Origin: Atractiella rhizophila
Lineage: Eukaryota
DNA: 21,873 bases
Assembly: GCA_021432655.1 (NCBI GenBank)
Contig: MU271219.1
Span: forward strand, 124,001 to 145,873
Direction of reading: 5' to 3'
In this document: positions 10,441-20,381 of the stretch, one piece after another
Position numbering within the stretch: the stretch's first letter is position 1
Layout of the letters: each line of letters starts with the position of its first letter
Made by a program: the position numbers and the translations under genes
Notes under the pieces: generated by a model
What the model saw: the letters and a program-made list of their open reading frames with translations, nothing else
What the model was told of the DNA's origin: nothing
The model's database searches: none

Positions 10441-11953
10441 TCAGATAATTTCCACCTTTCCATTCACTGAACCTTGCTCCAGGTGTAAAGCTAAGTGTGG
10501 TGGGCAAATATGCGTTTGCAAATGCCGAAGGAAGGGATGAGCGTGTACGGGAAGTACCAAATCATGAAGAAGAGAAACCTTCTGAAGTTCTTTCGTCGCC
10601 GTAGCCTGCTCTTTCTTAGCCCTCTTCAATTCCGCTTCTCTCTTCTCAACTTCATCCCTCATCGCCCCCAATGCATCATTCTTTTCTTCTATCCACTCGG
10701 AATGTGCCTCAATCATCTTCGAAATGTGATATAGTTGGAAAAGAAGGTGGTGAATGACAGCTGCCGCCTATCCACCAAACATCGTACAAGCACACGAAGA
10801 AAGTATTAACAACAGTCTTTCAAGGAAAGGGACAAGGAGGGAAGTGTGTGGTGTTGAGAAGGCGAACCTTTTTCTCCTTCAATTTAGCAAACCGAATAGC
10901 CTCGCTCTTCTGCTCCTTAAACTGTTTAATCTCGCTGTTCAGACCTCTTCGCTTGTTGAAGTTGAAAGTTGCATTCTCCGTTGCCTTTTCTTGTGCGACT
11001 CGGGCAGCTTCGTATTCCTCTTTTAACTCCAACGAGCTGTGGAACGGTTTTAGGGCAAGTACGGTGGGACAATGGTAGACATACCCGCTGATTTGCTCAA
11101 TCAATCGCGAGAGATCCTTTGGTGACTGAGAGGCAACGGCTTCGACGTCTCCCTATGAACATAAAGGAATCAGATGATATCTCGGCAATATGAGAAAAAA
11201 GATGTTAAGACCACTTCTAGGGGAGGAAGTTACAAAAGCAGGAAATAGACGAACCTGGAAAACAAGAAAGTTCTTCGCTTTAACAAGAATATTGTGCTGC
11301 ATGAGCGTGTCATTATACTTATTGTAAGGCACAGGTTTGTCATTTAGGTGGTAGGTGGAGCTGCCAGTGGTAGTTATCCTGTGAAGCATCTGTCAGTCAA
11401 GTCCGTTGTGGAGCATCTGAAGAACCGAGAGAGGTTTTTACCGCGCCACGCTGTAGCACATCACCACTTTTGTGTAATGCAATAGCAAGGCATAGACAAT
11501 TGGTTGATCTCTGTCCGCCTCAAACAAAGAGTAAACCAAACGGCTGCACGGTCTAGCAAAGGCTCCTGTGGAAGGAGTCGCGATGTTGCGACACATAGCA
11601 AAGGTAACGTTCGAATACCCCTTCCAACAGACATTCAACAGAAAAACTCACGTTCGCATAAAGATCCACTCTTTCTCATTCTTGTCTGTATAAACCGCTT
11701 TCACCCAAGCCTTCTTCTCAGCCTCCTCCTCCTCCTCCCCTTCCTCGCCTTGCGGGCCTCGATACACCAAATCCTTCAGCACGCTGCTCCTCAGCATTGA
11801 ACTCCTAACCCCCAAGACGAAGGAAATGGCGTCCATGCTATTTGACTTGCCGGATCCATTGGGGCCAATTATGCAGGTGAATGGATGCAAGGGACCTAGG
11901 ACTTGATGTCCGCGATACGACTTGAAGTTGTACACCTCGAGACGCTCCAGCAT
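10441..11953 (-). CDS. Truncated SMC1 paralog: N-terminal head half plus start of the coiled coil (about 285 aa) with a 44-aa read-through tail, about 329 aa
   Basis: Exons 11652-11953, 11255-11378, 11085-11152, 10868-11036, 10441-10767. Exons 1-4 have the same lengths as in SMC1, all GT/AG sites are intact, and there is no frameshift or internal stop. After ATKELQKV it reads SLLHDLVLP...GKVEII* in the upstream DNA of the full gene. Expression unknown. Confidence 0.7.
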
Positions 11954-12241
11954 CGCGTATAATATGTCGAAACAATGGCGGGACGGGTTGAGTAGATTCT
12001 GGTGGACAACGTTTGCGATGTGTGGAAAGAAGTAGCCTTAAGAACACGTGCAGCTCAAATACATCTCCACCAGGCTGGCTGGCTGCAGCTAGTGACAGCG
12101 TCGAAATACTGCTTCTTTTTGTTCATGGTAGAAGTGTTAGGTACAGTATAGCCATGACCAGTCTTAACCTGGGTAGGAGTAACCTGAGTGGGGGTCACAT
12201 GCTTTTCTTGTTTTGAAGTGAGCTGAAGTGTCACCCCTGTC

Positions 12242-12247
12242 ACGCGT
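12242..12247. promoter_or_regulatory. MCB-like element ACGCGT upstream of the truncated SMC1 copy
   Basis: Lies in a cacgcgtg palindrome within a short segment that is absent from the equivalent position of unit 1 (about 10315). Confidence 0.3.
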
Positions 12248-13852
12248 GAGTAGCTCATTCCGGGTGCATCAGATTTCCTCTTGCTTTCACTATGATATCA
12301 CAGAGATTCGACACCGAAAATATATACAGCATCAATTCTTTGTTTACTCTCTCATCTCATTACCTGCAGGGAGCCATCAGATAATTTCCACCTTTCCATC
12401 CACTGAACCTTGCTCTAGGTGTAAAGCTAAGTGTGGTGGGCAAATATGCGTTTGCAAATGCCGAAGGAAGGGATGAGCGTGTACGGGAAGTACCAAATCA
12501 TGAAGAAGAGATTTGTTTATAGCTCAATACAATGAGGACTCCGCGCCGTATGCTATGTCAGCGTAACACTTTGAAGTATCACGGCTCGCAGAACTGTTGG
12601 CCTATGGCAATAGAAAGCTCTGCCTTATCGACTGAAAATACTTACTAGGTGCACCTTCCGCCCCTTGAATCTCGCTTCCTTTGAATTCCGTTTCGGTTGA
12701 ACTTGTTCTCCAACTTGCAAAGTGCCTTGCATTCTCGGTGTCAAGATGATCCCCATATGATATTATTTCTGCCTACTTCACTTGAGACGGATGTTGCGTA
12801 CCTTTTAGCAATGTAGGTCGCATCGGAATCTGCATTTGTCAGGAAGAGATGATTTCGGTGAGACCGATCAGTGAGGTCCTTCCGACCATCAAATTCGCCT
12901 CGTGCGTTCTTTTCTTTTGACGCTTCGAATTCTCGAACCTCCAAGCAAGTTCCACGCTGACTTCCAAGCTCCAAGCTCTCCAAGCTCGAGCTTCGCCCCC
13001 ACTTTAGCCTCACCGATCCTTGTCTTTCTCGTCACCGTGTAACATTGGCAGTTGTGGTGCCGACTTTGTCAGCAAATTTACAGAGAAATTGATTTGGTGT
13101 CTCGTACGAGCTGACATATTTATCTTTCCGCTTTCAGCGCTTTGAGTTTTGACCTTCATGCCCTGGGTCGGCTCTCGATTCGAGGGCCGAAATGAGCACT
13201 TAGGACCTGACGAATGCAATATTGCGCCGAACAGGCTGGCTTTGGAAGCAGCTCCACAAAGGTCCTCACACAGCGGCAATCGGAGACGTACAGAGACCTC
13301 CAGACATTTCGCTAACCCATTCACTAGGCAATATTCAATCCTTCTCTTTTAATTCAAGTGTTACAGCAGAGACACCCAAGAAAACAACGCGACCAAAGCA
13401 GCCTCGTCCGAAACTCAATTCCATTCAATTGAATTAGTTTCTGAGCGTTTCTGAACTCGCACAAGACTTGAGTTCGGTGGCAGCCAGGTGGAGCTCGCAC
13501 ATCCAAGCTGCCTAAAAGCGCACTCTCCTCTTAATCCCGTCGCCGCGGCAATGGCTTCTTCACCCCTCGATCAGGTCAGCCCAACTTTCTGAACAGTTTC
13601 AATTCTAGCTGCCGACCTATGATATATTTATGGTGGTCAGTTCGACCGTGCGGCCTGCGATTGCGGGTCGCGGAATGGCAGTGGATGGTGTAGAAGTCTT
13701 TAGCTCGTTCTCCGCCCATGTTTACCACTCCAAATCATCTACATTTGGTCTACATCATTTAAAAGAGCGCTTCCCTCCGCAGTTGCATCATTAACCAAAT
13801 CTTTAATACTTCGAAAAGATCACTTCCTCAAGCCACCCTTACAGAGACCAAG

Positions 13853-14768
13853 ATGACTATGAAAAAGAGTGTAATCGAACCTCCTCTCCCAAGATTTCAA
13901 GCATGCTTTGCCTGCCGGTACGTTTTCCAAAGGAGCTCTAGCACTGAACAGACTCTAAGGCCGTTGCAGGGCACGAAAGATACGCTGTGATGGGGAAAAG
14001 GTAAGAATTGTTTTTGGTTTTTAAAACAAGTTGGCTAACTCATGAATAGCCCACTTGTGGTCCCTGCATCAAGAGCGCCTATGCACGAGGAGAAGAAGCG
14101 AAGCCTTGCGAGTACCAAGTCGTCACTCACCCCGTCCGTCGAAAGTCGCGCAAAGACAAGGACGCGTCTCCGCCATCATCCAACAAGGCTGCATCGAATC
14201 GTTCTTCACCTTCCAACCTTCCCAACCTACCAGCCTCAGCGTGGAACGAGTTGGCAATTTCTTCCCCCAATGCCGAGATTTGGGCTACGAAATGGATAGC
14301 GAACCGACAGGTGAATTCCCAGACGAGGGATGGCGAGGGAATTGGATTTCGATCGACCTCCTCCAATGAGGACGACAGGGCAGCTTTGAGGGAGAGCTAT
14401 CTTGAACAGAAGCGAACTTACAACGCTTTCGGTATGTTAGATCGGTTGAAGGCATCTACGAGTCTAACATCCCTTTAGAATCATTACGAGACTTCGTTAC
14501 CCCGCGAGCAGAAGCATTCTCAAACCCACTGCATCAACTAGCTGCAGACTCAGACAGCTCCTCAAATTCTCATTCCGATTACCGGACGAGCATGTATCAG
14601 CGGAATCGCTTGGACATGGAAGAAGAGAACTCTTTAGCCGGCTATTTACAGACTTTGCAAGGATCCTGGTGTCCCGAAGAAACCCAACGGAGGCATACAA
14701 TCCAACCCGAGCAAGACTGGTCAATACTCCAGCGGTTTTTGGAGGAAGTCAACTCCCAGCAAACTTGA
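13853..14768 (+). CDS. Zn(II)2Cys6 (GAL4-like) transcription factor, about 255 aa
   Basis: Spliced model 13853-13917, 13970-14000, 14050-14431, 14479-14768 (768 nt, in frame) gives PRFQACFACRARKIRCDGEKPTCGPCIKSAYARGEEAKPCEY. The motif is split by two introns, so it is invisible in the ORF track. Confidence 0.88.
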
Positions 14769-15153
14769 GAACCAATAATAAATTTTGTATCATCCAGTGT
14801 ATTCGATGCTCAACATTCGGACTGAGACTGTGTTACATCGTTTTTCTTTCAGAGAGGTTGTTTCGATGCATTCAAACTCGAGTACTTGCAACTTTTGATC
14901 ATCATCCTCAGTAGATACATGTAACTCATTCTAATTGAATAAGTGACGCTTTGGGTCCCATTCAACTTTTAGGCGACGATCAATTTGGCCATGTATTGAA
15001 AGTACCGGACTTTGAAGCTCGAAACTTGAAAGCTTGAACATCCTTTACATTGTAGTTTGGAATGATGCCTTGAATGCCAGGCAAACCATAAACCATCACC
15101 ATGACTCAAATCTCGTTGTTGACTTCAGCCTCCTCAAGCCTCCTCACAAAAGC

Positions 15154-16904
15154 ATGCCTCTCCCCCCGTCCCTCAGCCGGCTGGCGCAGTCCCTCCAATC
15201 ACTTCCCAAACAGATTCCAAACCAAGCGGAGGTTTTAAAGGTGCTATATTCCAAAAAAGCGAGTTGGGAGGAAAAGATTGGTGTCGTTTCGAGGAATGTT
15301 AGCGAGTTGACAGGATACGGAGGGATTGAAAGGCTCAAGGGGGAGGTGGGAGAAAGAGGTAAATGTCTGTTTCTTGTGAACTTGAGGGATATGGTCGCAT
15401 TTGCCCGGTTTTGAACGGAAAGCGGGATGCTCTTTAGTGTGCATTTCGTCGAAGTGTGGAAGTGCCTTTTCTCTACGCCTTTACAACCTACAATCAGAAA
15501 GAACTGGAGTTGTGCTTGAAACTATTGTTGGTTGTTTTAACTCAGATGCGAACGGCGAAATACTGGCTGTTCACGCTAAATATATTGTTTGGACATTGTC
15601 AATGGGCTGGGATATTTCAGCCAAATCATGTTACCGTTCTTCCCTTCTAACACGGATCACTATTTGAATATCGATGAGGGACGTTTGAGCTTATGCCGCC
15701 AGAAGTTCCTCATTTAATCGTCCCTTGCTCAACAACTCAGTCTACTATACTTGCTCGGATAAGCTCCTCTGACAGAAACTTTGTGCAGAGAAAGCTTTAT
15801 CATCTCTCCGCGCGCTGTCTACAGCCTCCAAGAAGGCACACGAACTCGCAGTCGCGAAACGTGCAGCCTCCCATGCTGAGGTGAACGATTTGCTTCAGCG
15901 AAAGACTGTGCAAGGGTGGGGAGAAGGTGAAGTCGAACGGTACGCGTCCCTCTCTTGCTTACACGTTTAATATTCAACTACAATCGTGGATAGCTTTACA
16001 CTACTCGTAAGGAAAGACCATGATAATGAGCTCGAGGAGAAACGAACAAAGGAGGAGATGGACCGACGGGAGGAGGCTACTGAGAAGGCTTTCTCTGGTA
16101 TGTTTGATTTCTGTCTATTTCTCCCTCTAGATTGGTTCATTCGCAGACTTGATGCAATCCATTTTGAATCGATATCATGAAGAGCAGATCTGGAGCGATA
16201 AGGTGATCATGACAAGTTGCGTCTTGTGGTGTTGTTCTCATCTGGACTAGTCTAGATACGGACGATCTCCTCATACGGTTCAATGGGCATCACTGCACTT
16301 AACATAATTCTCTTCATTGCGGCCATCCTTATAGTTGAGCCTTGGAAGCGACGGAAAATGGTTGATCGTTTTGAGGAGCGGTACATCTTTTTGCTGATGC
16401 GCAATTTCCTACTGACCCATTTTTACCCAGGCTAGAAGAAAGGGAGCACATCGCGAGAGACCATCTGCGAGTCAAATTCGAGGAGATGCTAGAGAAGCTA
16501 AATTGGACGGAGGAGAAGGTGGATCTACTACTTAAGCGCGTCCTAGAAGAAGAACCACTAGCGAAGGATTCAACATTGTCAGGGGAACCAATTCTTGTTC
16601 CCCTTCTCGAGTCAGGACCACTTGAGGAGGCAGCAGAAGGTGCATTTCTTCTTTCATGTCTGGTTACTTTCCGCTGAATTCCATGGATCAAGCACCAACG
16701 GCACCTAGTGCCGATGTCCCTATCCTGCCAATAGGTGTTGAAACACCGACAATGTCCAGAGAAACAGAGAAGATCCAACAGGAAGAAGAAGAGCGGGCAC
16801 AATCAGACTATGACAGATTCATGAGGGCTGTCGTTGTCACTGCCGCGTCCGCTGTCACCGGCGCACTTCTTATTTCGATTGGAGAATTCTTCTTTGGAGG
16901 ATGA
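15154..16904 (+). CDS. SHE9: She9/Mdm33 mitochondrial inner-membrane protein
   Basis: Motifs SELTGYGGIERLK, EVNDLLQRK, RFTLLVRKDH, ILNRYHEEQIWSDKIR, hydrophobic segment then VEPWKRRKMV..FE, and a C-terminal hydrophobic segment, joined by GT-AG introns. Stop TGA ends at 16904. Confidence 0.93.
15359..15788 (+). ncRNA. Candidate structured intronic RNA in the 430-nt SHE9 intron 1
   Basis: About 8 times the local intron size. Stems gaacggc/gctgttc (15550-15572), ggctgg/tcagcc (15605-15622) and gagggacg/cgtccctt (15676-15726), the last followed by ACA at 15732. Confidence 0.35.
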
Positions 16905-17258
16905 ATTGTTGGACAACCAACCTCTCAATCTTTGTTGAGCGCTTAATATTTAGATTCGTATTGCATCTATTGCAAAGTTGGACTTGCTGTCATCGCTCGC
17001 TCTCGGTATTTTGAAGGAGCTGTCTGGATCACAACGACGCCGCTGTGTTGGCCTTCTACCGTAGAGTGTTGATAGTGCTATTAAATTCGACCAAGGCATC
17101 ATGTGGATATACAACTTGAAAGCGCAGGAGCTCCATCGATGAACTGAGAAAGTAGTCAACCATAATTAGTTTAGGGTATCAAAGTTAGCTCAGCATTCCA
17201 ACCCACACCATCGTTTAGCTTCATAGTCCCTCTTTCAGAGCAGATTAGCGACTGACAA

Positions 17259-18621
17259 CTATGAAGCGCTCGTCTGCTCTCCCTCAATTCGTCCTTCCCA
17301 TAGCTCCAGAAACCTCCATCTTTCCTTCACCTTTATATCCTTCACCTCCTCCCCATGGACTTCCCCCAGTCGTCCCTCCAGCTGCACGTCGTGAGACGCC
17401 CAAACCAGCACGCGATCATCTTGTTCAAATTCGAGCAATTTAGCAACAGTTTTCATGTACACTTTAGGGTCTGCATGTACCTAAGTAGCCTCGTCAGAAA
17501 TACGCACCATCAGTTAGGCTGGAGAGGACGAGATGAAGAAGCGATTGCGGAAGAGGAAAGAAGACGAACAGAGCGTGGCATTCCTGGTGGCGCCCACCAA
17601 CTTGCAACCTTACTTAACGGTTTATCTCGTCCATTCAAGGGACGCGAAGGATTTGGGCGGAGGATAGATGGGTGGTGGATTGTATCGCCTGCTAATAGCA
17701 CGAACGAGCCATGTCCGACGTAAGTGAGAGCTGAAATATGTCCAATACAATGCTGAGGCAAGAAGGTAGGTGAGTAGTGAGAACAGAGAGGGAAAGAAGG
17801 CACGAACTCCTGGAGTGTCCAACAAATACAGAGAGCCGTCGCCGAAGTAATCGTGCGATCTAAAACCAGCGATTTCCCCATCAAACTGAACTTCTGTGAC
17901 CTTCCTTCCACTTTCCTTCGAATAAACGTTCAATTCTTCGAGGGAATATGGTGAAGGGACATACGCCGTATCCTTGTCGAGCACCTGAGATGTGGGCTGT
18001 TTCGGAAAACCAGGCTGAATCTCCTTTAACCCATTTGGCCCGACTAGGAGAGAAGTGGAAGGGGGGAAGAGAGAGGTGTCCCCGATGTGGTCAAGGTGGA
18101 AGTGACTGTCCACAATGCTTCTTGGTGCCACTAGATCAGAAAGAATAAGAGAAACACGGACCTCCAAACAACTGTCTCGATCGAATCTAATGATAACCCC
18201 ATCGACGAGAGTTGCGTAATGAGTGACGCTCCGGCTTCATAGGATTTGACGAGTCCAGGAATAAGTTTAATGGCCATTCGAATGGAAAGAGCGTGTGAAT
18301 CGAGTCTCTATTCCCACACGTGAAATGAGCGCATGTCTCGTTACATAAGTCAAGCAACGCTCGCTTGACGTGAGGAGCATGCTTAGAGGGATAGATACGC
18401 ACCTCCCGCAGTCCTAAATCAAAGACAACCCTTCTTTTCCTCCCTCCATCCTCTTCATGCTCTATCAAGAAGCCATACGAAGGGACCGACATTTCTTTTG
18501 GCAAAGCAGGGACATCCTTATCCGCAGGTGTGAAGTACCACGAAGGTTTGAGAGATATTCGACCAGTGTTGAATGCATGAAGACGGACAAAGGAGGTAGG
18601 AGTGGGGAGGTCAAGCACCAT
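17259..18621 (-). CDS. Metallo-beta-lactamase-fold hydrolase, AHL-lactonase (AiiA)-like fungal family
   Basis: PSYGFLIEH...VVFDLGLR; SHFHLDHIGD (HxHxDH); DYFGDGSLYLLDTPG|HCIGHISAL; LLAGDTIHH; ASHD. Multiple GT-AG introns. Confidence 0.92.
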
Positions 18622-18820
18622 CGTCTATAAGCAAAGCAGAGGGGAGAGCCTAAGGCGAGAGCGGTAAAACTGGCAGCATTGCTATTATACTCTCGAGGAC
18701 TGAGGCTGCGAAGTCCGCCGACTCCTCATTGTCCCACCGGGTAAGAGGCGGAATGGGAAGTCCGTTCCTGTACCCACATAGTTCGCAACAGGAGCAGCAT
18801 ACGCAGAGGAATATATGTGT

Positions 18821-19364
18821 TCACAAGCGCTCTATTTCATTGGTAGACCAGCAATGAGTTTCTCTCCGCTGAATGAGGCAGTAGGGGCAATGTAGAAATG
18901 CCAAATCAAGGAATGTACAATGACCACTATGGTTCGTTCGCTTGCCAGAGCGAGACTGTCGTAATGGAAGCGGTATCTCATTCGTGGATCCAAAACTTCT
19001 GACGTGGTGTATCCAAGGAACGCGATAGCATAACAAACAAAGCGGTAGGCGAGCGAGCCAATCCTCTCGCCTTTGCCATCTCCTCAGATTTACAAAGAAA
19101 GAACGGACTTGTGCCTGAATTGAAGCTATGAGTGAGTGAATCACTGCTTCAAGGTGGGAAGCTTCAAGCTTCGCTAGCCACTCCCTGCTTCCCACAATGG
19201 TAGTCGCAGTTGATTGACAAGGAATGCGTTGATCGGCGGTGTTGCAAACACAGGTACCCCCTATGTTGCCTAGATCCTTTATGCTGCGAGATCCCTTTGT
19301 CAGAAAATAACAAAATAAATGAAACAACATGATCAAGATGACTTACGAAACGACGATTCGACAC
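18821..19364 (-). other. Unassigned exon-like sequence, possibly a gene remnant
   Basis: gtaagt...ctgacaaag intron-like segment at about 19295-19346 followed by open frames. No family recognised. Confidence 0.25.
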
Positions 19365-19441
19365 TTGAAATCAATCCGCTAAAACGGACCTAAGCCCGCT
19401 TCTCTAGGCCAAAGCTTTATTCTTCGGTTGCAATGAAACCT

Positions 19442-19984
19442 GATGATCATGTCGTGCCTTTCCTCGTCACCAAGATCTTCGTATACACCATTCAGGATAT
19501 CGAGAGACGGCATGAAGACCTTTTGCATCCTCCTCTGGTGTGCAGCGGGTGAGAAACAGTAGACGGGGGAAAATTAGGAGAGGCATTGTCGCAGTGCTTG
19601 GTTCCCTGACGTTTCTGGCGAAAGGTACATTCAAGACGAGACTTTTGAGCACCTGGAACGATCATCAATCCTAGTGTATCGATTTCACTTTAGGGAGACA
19701 GCGACAGACCTCGTCATCGGCAATCATGTCGTTCAGCATGAGCTTACTGATACCGACGACACTGGTGGCTTGCGCTTCGGGATCGGATTGGTCAAGCGAA
19801 TGAAGCAAGAAGTCAATCACGCGATCTGGCTACCAGCAGTCTGCAATCAGCGGCCGAGAACAAAGGAAGCAGGGAGACAAACTGAATGTCCTTTCTCAGA
19901 GAGAAAATTTAAACCATGCAGCATGAGTATGTCGAAGATAGTCTGAAGAACCTTGATTCTGAGATCCCCTTCCGCATTTTGCGA
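19442..19984 (-). pseudogene. YCG1: Internal fragment of condensin HEAT subunit Ycg1/Cnd3 (CAP-G), disabled
   Basis: Spliced (introns 19830-19882, 19653-19709): LRIKVLQTIFDILMLHGLNFL...PDRVIDFLLHSLDQSDPEAQATSVVGISKLMLNDMIADDEVLKSLVL/MYLSPETSGNQALRQCLS*FSPVYCFSPAAHQRRMQKVFMPSLDILNGVYEDLGDEERHDMI. This matches the Cnd3 motif Y..P.T..NqaLRQcLsyFfPvYc. There is a +1 frameshift at about 19631 and a TAA at 19574-19576. Confidence 0.85.
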
Positions 19985-20381
19985 CCTCCGCCTCCATCTC
20001 TCCCGAGCTCATATCCACAGATCCATCCTTGCTATTTTGACCAATTTGCTCCAAATTTTTGGTGCATACTTTGGGAAATATTAGCAAAGAGATCCCGTTG
20101 CGCTTATGGAACACAGTAATTCAGGCGCAACAGAACGGATCCCAGATTTCATACATACCTTCTTGGCAGATGCAATTTCCTCGCTGAGCAAATCTCCTCA
20201 AAACCTTGCCAAAACCAACAGTAATAACCAGATTCAACTAGGGAGCTAGCCAGTTAGCACCAAATCTTTGCAAACGACAATGTAGTGACGTAGTAAACCC
20301 CAAGGGGGGGACTGGTGTTAACCAAGATCGTTCGTCATCCCAACTCGTCCTCGTCCCAACTCTTGTCCCATTCTTGAGACA

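Larger units (their letters stand above)
8634..12511. repeat. Direct tandem duplication of about 1.94 kb (unit 1 8634-10575, unit 2 10577-12511) covering SMC1 exons 1-4, part of exon 5 and about 520-560 bp of upstream DNA
   Basis: The units align end to end (offset 1943 at the left end). Junction ...gaagaagaga-a-accttctgaag... at 10575-10577. Unit 2 ends at gaagaagaga 12511. Confidence 0.97.

Noticed and set aside
5420..11800. Plus-strand Leu/Phe-rich ORFs
   Set aside because: They are antisense shadows of the Glu/Lys-rich SMC1 exons.
12520..13440. Short ORFs on both strands and a (ccaagct)-like microrepeat at about 12964-12987
   Set aside because: No recognisable motif and no consistent splice model.
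15670..15772. C/D snoRNA reading of the 3' part of SHE9 intron 1
   Set aside because: The C box is imperfect, and the CTGA is better explained as the ctgac branch point.
19154..19194. 9-bp inverted repeat gtgggaagc/gcttcccac
   Set aside because: It is short and isolated, with no target-site duplication or element structure.
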